Positions 28,393-41,979 of a DNA stretch of 64,000 bases are shown here, one piece after another. This DNA is from Chrysomallon squamiferum (lineage: Eukaryota; Animalia; Mollusca). Where the stretch lies: NCBI GenBank assembly GCA_012295275.1, contig CM022670.1, positions 28,148,001-28,212,000 on the forward strand, in the 5' to 3' direction. The stretch's first letter is position 1, and each line of letters starts with the position of its first letter. Made by a program: the position numbers and the translations under genes. The notes beneath the pieces were generated by a model. The model saw only the letters and a list, made by a program, of their open reading frames with translations. It did no database searches and was not told where the DNA came from.

Positions 28393-30820
28393 TGTATCAG
28401 AAGTTTCAAATACATATGACAAGATATTACGTATAACAGGTGAGTTAATTAAAGGACTTGAACAAGATTACAATCTGTGTAACCAGACAACAGGTAAGTT
28501 AGATCAGATAACTTGTGAGAGATTCAAAACATTATACCTTGAATTAAAATAAACAAAATACTTCAAAGAATAGGTAATCAAATAATTTACCTGATAATGG
28601 CAACACACTTTGAAATAAAACCCATGGATAAAGTATTATGCAGAACAAGTTGTTATTTTTCCCAATTACCTTTTCCTCAGACATTCAGGTATTTCAGAAA
28701 ACAGTATACATTTTAAGTCAGTGACTTCACATTTTTGTAATTATAATTTAACTCATTCAAAAATCTTCATCACAACAAAATGTTTTCAAGTTTGTCTAGT
28801 CACAGTATTGGTTTAAAATCCTTCATTTTCATAAGGTTTTACACAAAACGGTAGAGGTTAAAGTCTGCTTACAATAGCTAACCTCAAAAGATTAACACTG
28901 CCTATCATTATGTAAGTGGTGGATTTAACATTCGGGTCAGGTCACAGCTGAGGACCCACGTTTCTACCCTTCCTACCCGTCACACTCTGCCAAGTCTTTC
29001 CTAGTGTCTTCTTTCTCACTTCCTGGGGGTTTTTCATCCTCCATGAGCATCTGGTTTTCCTCTTCCTTAATTAACCTATTTTGTACCCTAAATATGTTTA
29101 CCTATTTTCTACCCTTTTCCTTGATTATCTGTGATTTCTGCCCCTTTTTTCCTAAAATCTATTTTTTCCCCTTTTTCTTTTTATCTTTTTTTTTTCTAAC
29201 CCCTATTCTGATCTCCTGGATTTTCTTGCCCTTACAGTTACACATACTTTTTGTTTATATCTCTGTTCCTTCGTCTCCTGCCCCAGTGTTTTAACTTCCT
29301 TCCCTGTCTGTTTGTATTTTCTTGTTAACTCTATGTTTACTACAGTTTTTTGTCTCTGAAACTGTAATTTTCCATGTATCTACAAATCATTTTTCTCTGA
29401 AATACTCAGTTTTCTTCTTCACAGCAGACTGACACACACAAATTATGTGAAATTACACAGGAAATTTAAAACAGAAACTGGTTTTCATTTCACAATGCAA
29501 TTTTTATTTTATTTTATTATTATTATTTTTTTATTATTCTGTAATGTATATGAGTGTTAACTAGTTTATGTAACTTATTTATGTGTAGTGAATAATTAGA
29601 AGGCTGTTTTGTCTTTCACTATAAAAATTTCCTCATATGTATAAATTAATAAAATGAAAATATGTTGGTTTGTTTTGGAATACTGTGCTTTATTTGGTTA
29701 ATAAAACACAGTTCTTTACTACATATAAAAATAAATTAAAAAAAATATAAATGATTCATATAGTATATGATATACACAAAAATATTCATTAGGCACCTTC
29801 AGGAAAAACATATATGCACACATAATACATGAATTACAGATTCTCAATACAAAAACAGACACTCTCATACATCATACACATTGTATGCATAACACATGTC
29901 ATATACATAGCACTGCTGAATTCACGAGAGGCTCAACATATCTACCAGTGATAAATAATGAAGAAGCTGACATCTCATTCTTCTTCCGTCTTTACAAACA
30001 TCTCACTTAGCAAATATACTGCTGACTTTTGCATAGATACAAATGGTATTCTATATGTATGTGTATGTATGCATGCAGTTATGTATGTATTCCACAAAAT
30101 GAGTGTATATATGCATATAAAGTAAATATTGATTCATATGAAAAATACTAATTTCATTATTTTTTATTATAATATTTTATCACATACTGGAAGGATCTTT
30201 GGTTATGTTAATTTCCTGAGACAGTGTAGTATGAAACAAAAAATAGAATTTAAGTTGTGCTATACACTGAATATTATGTGCTGATACCAGCATGATCTAA
30301 CTTTCAGAATACAGTTTTTTTAATTAACTCAGGATGAAGTTTTTAAAGTATATAACAGACAAATTAAAAGTAATTCAAAGATACAGTTAAATATCACTGA
30401 CATGGTTACACACTGGTTACAACCATTCAGTTACTGATCAGTCATATCAACATTTATCATTAAATGAACCAAACTCTTTTTTGTTTCTTTCTTTCTTTTG
30501 GGTTTAGACCATTCTGGTTGTCAGCCTTTCATATCATCAATAGTGTATATACTTTGTCTTATTATAATGTGAGAACATGTTAAAAATAATGTTATTAAAA
30601 TTATGATACAACAAATAAATAATAATACAAGGAGTAGTAATAAGATGGTTATAGAAGCAGCTGCAGTAGCAGTAGCAAATATAGCCTTGGGTGTAGTATT
30701 AGGAGTAGTGGTAATTACAGTAATAGTGATGTTGACAATAATAATAATAATAATAATTTCAACAATAACAACAATAACAAATCCTTTGTTAAAAAAAGAA
30801 AAAGAAAATCTGTCACTTAC

Positions 30821-30882
30821 CAAAAACAATCAGAAAACAAAAGTTGAATGACAGGAAATCTTAGCATCACCAGAAATATCAT
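30821..30882 (-). CDS. Candidate first exon with hydrophobic start (MIFLVMLRFPVIQLLFSDCF, phase 2)
   Basis: ATG at 30882 with an upstream in-frame TAA; donor TTG|GTAAGT; CRE-like and CCAAT elements 150-350 bp upstream. Confidence 0.3.
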
Positions 30883-30899
30883 CACTTTTTAATGTCCTC

Positions 30900-31400
30900 A
30901 CAGAAAAAAAACACCTATCTAAAGTATCAGTGAGACAGCATCTCCACAGGCTGTCACTTCCAAACTTACAACTTCTTTAATATGCTGTAACTTCAGGCTG
31001 TGTTTGTACTGTGTAAATTAACACCCAGTCGACTACGTCATTTGAGGCAACATGGGATTTTTTTTTTTTTTTTTTTCACTTCTGTTCCCTTTTTTTTTTT
31101 TTTTCGTTTCAGGACAAAGTTTCGACAACACCAGGTAAGAACAAATGCTGACCGGCTTGTGTGGTAACATAAAACCCATAATGCTTTGCAAGTTTAAGAG
31201 AGGGATACACAAAATGTGTGCTAATCATTATTGGCTAAACAAGTTCTCGTGTTGGATAAATTGCAATAAGCCGTGGATTTACTTTTTCTGGCAGGGAGCG
31301 GAACATTCCGTGACTGAAGTCTGAGCAAACACAAGTGAGGAGGAGTAATGTGAAAAGCAGTTCTCTCTCTTTTCAAACTCGTAAAACAGTTGTAAACTTA
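30900..31400. promoter_or_regulatory. Intronic CpG-retaining island with CRE-like and CCAAT boxes
   Basis: TACGTCA at 31034-31040; ATTGG at 31230-31234 (AGCCAATAA on the minus strand); several CpGs against a depleted background. Confidence 0.4.
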
Positions 31401-31569
31401 CCTCAACACCTTTACTTCTTAGAAGATTTTTTTTCTTTTTTAAAAATAATACTTTCAAGTCATTGTTTCTATTATTATTTTCAGGTTATTAACATTTTTT
31501 CTTAATTGTTTCATATTTATTTATTTATTTATTTATTTATTTTACTTTATTCTTCTGTTTTTATTATTG

Positions 31570-31600
<31 letters not shown>

Positions 31601-33820
31601 TTATTACTGTATTCTATGAAAATATTTTTATTTTGCTATACATTTTTAATACTGATAAAACTCTTTAAAAGTTAATAATTAAAAATTATAACCAAGCAGA
31701 CATACAGAGACACACACCTACAGATAGATAGATGGAGCTTTTATTTCTGACAGACTGATGAACAGACAAACCAAACAAAAAAAAGTAGGTTGAAAGAGAC
31801 AAACTGAACATCAGACAGAAAGAAAGACAGACAGAGAGTAAAACAGACAGATAACCAGGCGGACAGATTATTAAGACTTTAAATGCTTAAAAGCTGAAGT
31901 TTTCTAAAACACATTAATACATTCCAGGTTCACGGTTTCTCTGTTAAAGATTTTTATCAGTTATACAATCAAAGTCCTCTACCTGAAGGTGACTGTTTAA
32001 AACAGTTTTTTTTACTCCGTATAAAAAATAATAATAATAAAAAATATTTTAAAAGTAATACTAACGATAATTAATGCAGGTAGCTGAACTGCACAGATCT
32101 GGTTTCAACAATTAAACTGTTTTGAGCACCATGTTATTGACTCATTACTACAACTTAAATCATGCCAAATCAGGTGACCTCTTATAATACTTCAGGTGAC
32201 CTTTGAAAATAGGTGGTTTTCTTAAGAAAGACTGGAGTGTACTTATGCAATGGAAAACACACATGCACAAACAATATACATTTATATGCAGCTTAAGTCC
32301 ATTAGGCTTCTTAACGACCATTAAAATGTCAACACCCAGATACACTTATAAGAGGCAAAGCTGGCTTACACACTTGTGTGTATGTTCAGGAGGGTGTAAG
32401 ATTACAGTAAAGCTCTTGCTAAAAATACAGAGTAACAAAAACAAAATAACAAAAATTTATTTAATTTTTAAGGTCAAAATATTACTGTAAATGTTAAAAA
32501 AAAATGTAAATAAATAAATAACAACAATTTGTTTAATTTTAATTTGAAAAGATTACTGCAAAAGGTATAACCAAAAATATTTTTTTTATTATAATTTTTC
32601 TAACATGTTACATTTGAAATTGTTTTCCCTAGTTTATTTTGTTTTAGTTTTTTCTCTGAAAACTTAAAGTTTATTATTGTTTTATTTGTTTTTATAATAC
32701 TCTATTGTTTATTGTAATATTATTTATTTATCTTTAATTTAAAAAAAAAATTAATTTATATTTAAATAATTTAATTAATAAGATGTTTTATGTACAGGCT
32801 GGAGTCTGTACGGCTGTTTGTAATGGCTGTGCAGCTCAGATTCCAGTCAAGTAGTACTACATGCTGAACAACAATTTTCTATCACTTCACACATTATAAC
32901 AGTCTAATCAAATTACTGACAAGATTTTTTTTGTTTTTTTGTTTTTTTTTAGAACTAATTTCAAACAGCAAATCAAATGTCCCAGCTGAAATAAAAACTA
33001 TGCTGCATTTGGCAATCTAAAATAGAAGAAGAATATGTTTTTTTTATATTTTTATTAAATGCTAACTGCATGAATTCCAAGATTTACTGAAGGTTTTTTA
33101 GTGAGGTTTATTGATTTTATTTGTTTTAAATTTAATTTAAATTTTTTTTTTTCTTTTTCCATTATTTTCTGTTGTTTGTAGATTTCAAAAAAAACAAATT
33201 GTGGGGGGGTGTACAGTTGAGTTTGTGTGCTATTTCTATTTCTTTCATTTTGTTTTGATACAATAACAATGGTATTATTCAAATTGTTTTGATCTTTTAT
33301 CTATAATAATACTAAATGTAAATATTTTACATTAATAAACACACAAACACCTCTACCCCTCAACAGACAACAACAGAAAACACTTTGGTAAAAAAAGGAG
33401 AGATGAAAAAGAAATCAAAATTTAAAATTTTAATTAAAAAGATTACTGCATGGCTGAATAAATACTAAACAGTTCCAAAGATAAAAATAACTTGAATAAT
33501 TTTTCAGTAAGATAATTAATAAATTCCTATTCCAAACATTACAAATTCCAAGTCAGTTTTCTGTAAAATACTTGCAAACGTTTCTATTCCAAACTTATCC
33601 TTAAAAATAACTCTATATCAGCTTTCAATAACACTTAATTCATGGTCAAAAAAATATTAAAACTTCAAAAATTAATGTAACATCTTCACACAATCATAAT
33701 CACAACTTTTCAAAAACACTTAAGTCAAAGTGCAAAAGCATGTTGCTTTTCTTCCCTTCCCATTTTCATTTTCTTCTCCTTTTTTCTGTTTGTTCCTTCT
33801 GTCTCTCGACACCTACACAC

Positions 33821-33991
33821 CTCTCCACTCCCATTGTCAGCCAGCGTACGGCACAGACAACACGCAGACAACAGCAGAGGCTGACGTAGGTGAAGCTGAA
33901 CTCTCTTTGTAAGCGCTTGACAAAATCTATTATAAAAACGAGAACAAGATGTTTTTTCATCCCCGGATTGCAGACAGAATTCGTCAATCAT
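33821..33991 (-). CDS. Candidate alternative first coding exon of PDE7 (MIDEFCLQSG...CRTLADNGSGE, 57 aa)
   Basis: 171 nt open from ATG to GAG|GTGTGT in phase 0, inside a CpG-rich island with six CRE half-sites. Kozak context is weak (TTAATGA) and the donor is imperfect. Confidence 0.4.
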
Positions 33992-34232
33992 TAAAGTATC
34001 ATCGCTGACGCAAACACGACACTAGATCTTTCTTGTCGTAAATGATGTAAGCCACTTGCTGACGCCAATGCATGGTAGAGGGGGGAAATTACACACACAC
34101 ACAGACAAAAAGAAAAAAAATCAATAGTACCTTACGTGTTGCTGCATTGTATACTATATAAGAGAGATGACGCAGATGTGATAAAGAGTTTATTGCACAC
34201 TAATCAGGTGTCTCTTACGTTAATGACGTATC
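33880..34232. promoter_or_regulatory. Intronic CRE half-site cluster with TATA-like and CCAAT elements (candidate cAMP-responsive promoter/enhancer)
   Basis: TGACG/CGTCA at 33882, 33982, 34006, 34060, 34168, 34224; TGATGTAA 34043; CCAAT 34065; TATATAAG 34155. Surrounding intron is CpG-poor. Confidence 0.62.
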
Positions 34233-34435
34233 TGGTTTCTTTTACAGATTATACTTGACACACTAGTCTTAAATCTTGTGATAAAAGCCAAATACTAAAT
34301 CTTCATCACAATTCCAACAATTCCACTTACTTATTGTTTGAACAGCACCACTTATTATCAGTGTAGTCCCATTTAGTTAAATATTTACTGTTAGAACAGT
34401 TCCACACTTACAGCCAGTAAAATCACACTGACATT

Positions 34436-34560
34436 TTCACTTCTAGCACAATCCCATTTATAAAAATGTTAACTTCTAACACAATCCCATTTATGAAAAT
34501 GTTAAGTTCTAGCACAATCCCAATAACAAAAATGTTAACTTCTAGCACAATCCCATTTAC
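34436..34560 (+). repeat. Minisatellite, 33-bp unit, about 4 copies
   Basis: TTAACTTCTAGCACAATCCCATTTATAAAAATG repeated. Confidence 0.88.
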
Positions 34561-34676
34561 TTACATCTGGTATAATCCCAGTTACTGAAACATATGTAAA
34601 AAATATCCCAGTGCTACTACCTGGAATAATCTGATGAATTATTATGTTTCTATTTATTACTAAATCATCTCACTAA

Positions 34677-34707
<31 letters not shown>

Positions 34708-37238
34708 GATGAGGTTATTGGCTTGTTGTTAATTTCTTTTTCTTTTTTAATTTAAAAAAATTAATAATAATAATATATCAATTTCTCTTTAAAAATGGGC
34801 ATCATAATGGGCATTTACTCAGAACAGACCTTTTCATAAAAGTAAACTGAATAATGTGGCTGTAGGCAGGTACTGTTTACAATAAAGTTATTAGAAATAT
34901 ATATATAATCAGTTTAAGAATGTTTTGCTCTGGTATTAGCTTGTTTCATTTTACCCATGAATCTTTTTAGATTTTAATATTTTACATTTTGAAACATGAT
35001 GTAATATGAATGGAGTCTTGTATGTTTAAAATAGTATCTACCAAATAAAACAGTGTTTATCTCTGTACCTTCACAGCCTGGACTGCATTTCTTTTGTTAA
35101 TCAGTGTAACACAGTGTTTTTTCAATACAAACTAATACTTATCTGTTTTTCCTTTGTCACTCAGTATGCCTTGTAAAAGACATGTTACAGGTTGCTGATG
35201 TTAGGCTGCATTTCTTTTGTCATACAGTATACACTGTACAAGATTATGTTCGCCATTGCTTGCCTGATACAAAGTGATTCCAGTCTGTATTTCTTTTGTA
35301 GCTCAGTATACACTGCAGTACATCAATAAAATATTGATGAGACAAAGTAATTTCCAATTTACTCTAACACTTTGTTTTTTTCATTTGCATACTTCCAGAT
35401 GATACTACCTGCTTAATGAGCCAGCTACTAACAATGTGTTGACAATAACAACAACTAAAACAAAGAATCTAAAAATTATCTTACTTTTTAAGAAGCCTCT
35501 ATAGGAACTGGTTCCAGAAAATTAGATATAGTTTTTAAATGTTTAACAAATGATCATGATTATTAAATGATATGATAATTCCCAATGTTGTTTTTAACTT
35601 CTTTTTTTTTTTTAATATTCTTGCTAGTTTACATTAATAATTATTAAAAAAAAAAAAAAAAAGGTATTTCTATTATTTATATATTTTTCTTAGTGTTGCA
35701 TAAAATTAAATGGTCATATTATTATTATTATTATTATGATTATTATTATTATTATTATTATTATTTATAATCACTACTGTTTTGTTTTTGGTTTTTTTTC
35801 TTTTCTTTTTTAAATACTAAACATAAGTTAAACTAAAGCAGTAATTTGTATTTAGTAACTGAACTGATTAAACAAAACCAAGTTTATTATTCATTCATGT
35901 ATTTACTACCTGGTATAATTTAACTAGAAAAACAACAGAAATGTTACAGACATACACTCATGTTTACTTACATCACCCCAGCCAGTCAGCCATGGACAGT
36001 ATTAATTATACAGCACCAGATAAACATGCAGTTTTCACAGCAAGACAAATGTTCATGAATTTTCATAAATTCAAACCAAAACAAAAACAAAGTGCAAATA
36101 AACTCTGTATATAACAGAAAAAACATAAGTCATAATTAGATATAAGATATGCATAATATAAATCTAATAAATATTTTACATTATATACTTCACACTACAC
36201 AAATGGATTCAATTCAGCAGTGTTTTGAATAAATTTATTCAAGTAACTACCACCATAACTTGTTAAAAGTATCCAGCAACCCTTCTCTCATTATAAAATA
36301 AATTATTCAGAATAAAGCCACTATGATGGAATAGATTACACAAATAAAGAATTATACAAGGTAATAGAAATTCAAAACATTAGCAATAAAACCTGCTGCT
36401 TAGGTCATGATGTAGAATACAGAGGTTCACCGGTTTAATTCACCACAATAAAACATTGTGTGTAACTTTAAAATTCTCTTCCTGGTTTAGTAACAATACA
36501 CAGGTTTAAGACTGAGAAATGACAGCTTGCATGCCTGCACGTGCACACACACACACACATAAAGAGGCACTGACAGAGGAGAAACAGAGAAAAAAAGGGA
36601 AAGACAAACAGAGCAGACATGGGAAGAATGGGAAATAGAAAGAGAGACAGAGAGAAAGAACGAGACAGACAGAAAGGAGACAGAAAAGAAGAAAGAATGA
36701 GTAAGAGATAGAAAAAGAAATAAAGAGTTTTTACAGTAACCCAGTACTTCTTGAACTATTTCTGTATGATTCTCCCTTGGGTTTTTAAACACAAAATGTC
36801 ATTCATTCTTTCATTCCCTTATGTTTTTGTTAATCTTTGTCTATAGTTTTATTCACCCAGAATAATTTCAGTCACCCCTGAGCGAACCATTTGCCAGTTT
36901 AAGAAGCAGTAAATGGTTCATATTTTATTCATTTCATTTCACACAAGTCTATTGCTGTTCAAAGGTTTGACACATTAAACTTCAAGATGCCTAATTCACG
37001 TTAAATATTTCATGAGAGTGTTTTATGAAAAGCTGTGAAAATACACAGCGCTTAAATTCCCTTTAATGTTTCATGCCATTAAAGATGTATCTTTGTCTGG
37101 AATTGAGAAAAATGGTTATATCAGATTTTATATAATTTTGTCCAAAGACAATTCATGCTTTTAACAGATATTACTATACAGGACTGTTGTTCTTATTGTT
37201 TGTGTTTAACTGTGACCATTTTGCATTTGTGTGAGTGT

Positions 37239-37296
<58 letters not shown>

Positions 37297-37374
37297 ATGT
37301 GTGTGGGGGGAGCTGTGTGTGTTGAATAAGGCAAGAAAAAGCAATCCCTCTATGAACTATTATAAATTATAAAT

Positions 37375-37460
37375 TACCACAACATTTATGGCACACTGGT
37401 TGGAATGGGAATGTATCCAAGAGCCATACACTGTTATGAATTAAACCAGCATATCATGTG
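37375..37460 (-). mobile_element. SINE-like repeat fragment
   Basis: CACTGGTTGGAATGGGAA core shared with the other copies. Confidence 0.45.
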
Positions 37461-38754
37461 TGTGATAAATTATATAACTCAGACAAACCAGTGTAAGAAA
37501 CAGATGTGGAGTGAAACAGATAAGTTTATTATATTTTAACTGAAAAACCATGACATCTATCACAAAATGATTAAATAAATCTATAATATATATTTACAAA
37601 AAGCAATGAAATTAAGTAATGATAACTCAGTCTGTTAAAACATTTTGCTCGATAGAAAATCAGTGAGAAACAGTTAAAACAGAAATATAAAAATAATGTA
37701 TCCTAAAAACACAAAACAGCAGCAGTCACTGAGATATATTTCATTTAAGTACGAAATTTTATTGACACAGTCTCAAAGTGACCAGTGTTGTTTTAAATCT
37801 CTAAGCTAATTTTGATCTGTACAAGTTTCTTCATCAGACTGAGTAACTGAGTTTTTCTTTGTTTTTACCACTGTTTCTAGTAATTACACAAATTAGTTGT
37901 TTTCATTTTACTGTCCACTACTCTTACACATAAAACAGGATGATATTTTTTTTTTATTTTTTTTTTTAGTTTCTAAATAATTAAAAAAGCTAAGACATTT
38001 CAGCAAGAGATTTTTTTTTCCCAGTCAATAAAGTTATATAGTTTTGTTTTTTCTGCTTTTTATATGATATATGACAAGAAATCTTTCACCAGCAAAGTTG
38101 TTCTTTTATGAAAGGATTTATTTTTATGTACTCTTTCCTACAGAGACCAAGAACAAAAGCTTAACTGACTATTCCAACCTAATTTTGTTATTTCTTAAAC
38201 AACACTTAATTTGACCTTTTATTTCACATAGTAAATAAGTGAGTTAAGTACTTGTTATCTTAACACTGTGAGATACCATTTTTATATCTCGATGGACTTC
38301 CTGTCGGATTATGATAATCATCAGCCAAATACTGACAGAATAAATCTTTATATAGTGGTCATTTATATTGTTAAAACAATGAATTTTTGCTGTAGGTTTG
38401 TAAAATGTTTTCAAATATTTTTTTGGTTGTTGCTGTTGTTTTGTTATTATTTTTAGAAGTTACTCTATTTTTCTAGCATGTATATATATAATTAAAATTA
38501 GATATGTTTTTTTTTTCTTCTTTATTAGCAGTGCAAAAATTAAGCACAGATTCCTATTAACTGTAGTTTCTAGATTATAAATAAAGATCATTTTCAGTGT
38601 CATAAACAAAGAACAAATTATTTCAATATGTTTGCTCTTATTTAATTTCTTCTGTCTCAATTACATACAGCATATATTTTCAGTTCAAAAATTAATAGGA
38701 AAGTTTTGCAGATGGTCTGAAAAGAGTGTAAAGAAATAAATTAATTTTCTAAAA

Positions 38755-39142
38755 TTGCTACAGCTTATTGTTAGAATACTGGTCTAACTAACTGCTACAG
38801 GTTATTGTTAGAATACTGGTCTAACTAACTTATTGTTAGAATACTGGTCTAACTAACTGCTACAGCTTATTGTTAGAATACTGGTCTAACTAACTGATAC
38901 AGGTTATTGTTAGAATACTGGTCTAACTAACTGCTACAGCTTATTGTTAGTAGACTGGTCTAACTAACTGCTACAGCTTATTGTTAGAATACTGGTCTAA
39001 CTAACTGATACAGCTTATTGTTAGTAGACTGGTCTAACTAACTGCTACAGGTTATTGTTAGAATACTGGTCTAACTAACTGCTACAGCTTATTGTTAGTA
39101 GACTGGTCTAACTGATACAGCTTATTGTTAAAATACTGGTCT
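38755..39142 (+). repeat. Minisatellite, 37-bp unit, about 10-11 copies
   Basis: CTGCTACAGCTTATTGTTAGAATACTGGTCTAACTAA repeated. Confidence 0.95.
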
Positions 39143-39175
39143 CAAAACCTCTTCAGCTGCATCAACAGAAAAATG

Positions 39176-39272
39176 TCCTGATCCAGCCAGTACATAGCAG
39201 TGGTTTGTCAAAATACATATTTCTGTCCTTTGTGTAGGAATGCAAAAAATTAAACATCCCTTGCTGTTACTG
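39176..39272 (+). mobile_element. Degenerate SINE-like repeat copy
   Basis: ATCCAGCCAGTAC...TAAACATCCCTTGCTGTTA, same motif order as the 14750 copy. Confidence 0.55.
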
Positions 39273-39304
39273 AAACTTTTTTTTTATTAATAATAATAAT
39301 AATA

Positions 39305-39339
<35 letters not shown>

Positions 39340-39623
39340 TATTTTTTTTTTTTTTTTACATTTCTATTTTAATAAATATTTATAGAATATATATATATAT
39401 ATATATATATATCAAGTAGGCTTTATTGTATTTGTTATTCAATCTACATATATATATATATTGTTTTAATGTTGTATACATACTTTTAAATAATATATAT
39501 TTTCTGTTAAAATATTAAAGGAAACAAATATTAAAAATCTAATTTATAATGCAATCATAACCTTGCTTTGATTGTTACAATAATAATGACCATAATGACA
39601 GTTACATTATTGTTACTAAAAAC

Positions 39624-39662
<39 letters not shown>

Positions 39663-39776
39663 TACTAGTACTAGTAGTAATATTTTTAATATTTTCGTTA
39701 ACTTTAAAAAATGACCATATAATAAAAATAATACTATTCCTAAATAATAATGTCACAAAATTACTAAATACAGCCA

Positions 39777-39833
<57 letters not shown>

Positions 39834-40250
39834 AACACACACACACACACACACACACATTTAACATATCTATAAAAACTATACAAGTTCTCAATGAAAC
39901 AAAGCAAATAATTATCCATCTGCTTCAGAATATGCTTCACCTAAATTCAGTAATCTCATTTCCTTCTTCTTCATCTCCCTCAAACTGCCTGTAAGTTGAA
40001 CTAATGCAAACATGGCTACAAATACATACACAATAAACTGAACATCTTCACTGCTGTCAGCATTCATTACAGAAGAAATGGCAATTAGGCTGGGAGCTAC
40101 AGCATGGGAATCAATTGGTTTAGTCATGTTATCTGTGTTAATTTGAGTAATTTGTACAATGTGAAATAATTTGTACAATGTGATTCTGTAATAGAAGACT
40201 TCAACATAAATTAGAAATAATTTTTTGTACAGTTCATGACTGAGTATGTG

Positions 40251-40255
<5 letters not shown>

Positions 40256-40316
<61 letters not shown>
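40256..40316 (+). repeat. (GA)n microsatellite
   Basis: Direct inspection; other GA tracts at 55215-55293 and 56540-56605. Confidence 0.95.
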
Positions 40317-40320
<4 letters not shown>

Positions 40321-40624
40321 CTATATACTATATCATGGAAAACTAAAGATAATTGTATAAATGAACATGAGGAAGTATGCTCTAAATGTTTTATTAAATT
40401 TTAGAGAGAAATAATTTTTAATCTACAGTTTTATTATGCTATTATACATATCATTTAGAACCATACATATAAAAAGAAAAGAAACCTTCTACTGCCATAG
40501 TATAACCATTCTTTATTGTCTGGTAGCAAAACAACTATACAATATGCACCTTCCCACAGGTTGAAAAGCACATGCTGCAATTTTGACAAACTATTAACAC
40601 AGCAATTAAATATTTAACAAAGGA

Positions 40625-40718
40625 TGTCAGGTACCTGGATATCACATTAAAATACCTTCTTTTTTTTAAATCTGTATTTTGATCAATTTAAAAATAGTAT
40701 TTGATTTCAGTGATAACA

Positions 40719-40754
<36 letters not shown>

Positions 40755-41260
40755 TACATACATACATACATACACACAGACACATATAATTCATTTATGC
40801 ATTTACTTATTTATTTACATATACTTTAAATTATTTAATTCAGAGAAATTCTAGAACAAAGGATGTTTAGAGAATTCTTCTTATTATTATTAGTCATGGT
40901 ATATATCAGAAATATTGCTTCTTTTACAGAAATGATCTTTCTTGTTTCACAGTTTGTTTACCAAACTAAGCTCTGAAAAAATATATATATAAATTTAATA
41001 TAATCACCACAAACATGTAACATCATCCCATGTTCACCAATTTCAGATTCATTTTAACTGTTCTAGAATTTCACTGAATTAAATAATTTAAAGAATATGT
41101 AAATAAGTAAATGCGTAAATGAATTATATGTGTCTGTGTGTATGTATGTATGTATGTATGTATGTATGTTATCACTGAAATCAAATAATATTTTTAAATT
41201 GATCAAAATACAGATTTAAAAAAAAAAAGGTATTTTAATGTGATATCCAGGTACCTGACA
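40625..41260. repeat. Long inverted repeat / foldback (arms 40625-40858 and 41059-41260, 200-bp spacer)
   Basis: Left arm TGTCAGGTACCTGGATATCACATTAAAATACC...AAATTCTAGAACA is the near-exact reverse complement of the right arm. Differences are mostly in the internal (CATA)n length. Confidence 0.93.
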
Positions 41261-41901
41261 ATTACTTTTTATAAACCAGTGTCTGAAAGAATTCATATTT
41301 TCATTTTTAATGAGTGCGTTACCTAGGCAACCATGTAATTTACTGTAAAAGCTTATGTATTAAACACAAATTATTTTTTCACTTTCAGTAATCATATCAT
41401 ATAGTCTTAACTACACCTACTAACCTGAACAGATAATAACAATAACAATAACAACAACAACAACAATAATAATAATAATAATAATTAATAACATCAATAA
41501 TAACAATTCTAAAATTAATAATAATAATAATAATAATAAATTGATAATAATGATAGCAATTACAATAATGCTAATAATAATAAAAAATGTAAAGATAAAA
41601 ATTAATAATAATAAAATTAATAATAAATTAATAATAATGGTGTTAATAATAATAGTACAGAATGTAAAGATAAAAATTAATAATAATATTAAAATAATAA
41701 TAATAATAGTAATAAAATTAATTATAATGGGGAATTTTCAACAGGCAGTAAAGATTTGTTTTTATGATAGAGCCTTTTGATGGAATATTAGTTTTTTAGA
41801 CTGTTTGGTTTGTGTTTATTCCTTTCTTTTTTCTTTTTCATTTTTTTTTTTTTTTTTTTTTTTTTTAACTTAATATTACTAATCATTACCATAATTTTAT
41901 T

Positions 41902-41979
<78 letters not shown>

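Noticed and set aside
31402-31470. Perfect minus-strand donor GAG|GTAAGT at 31401 as a coding exon
   Set aside because: The phase-0 frame is open for a stretch but reaches a stop with no in-frame ATG or good acceptor. A non-coding exon cannot be excluded.
34136-34147. Four-codon phase-0 exon MQQH with donor CAC|GTAAGG
   Set aside because: Too short to distinguish from chance, and the TATA-like element is only about 10 nt from the ATG. Kept only as a possibility within the CRE island.
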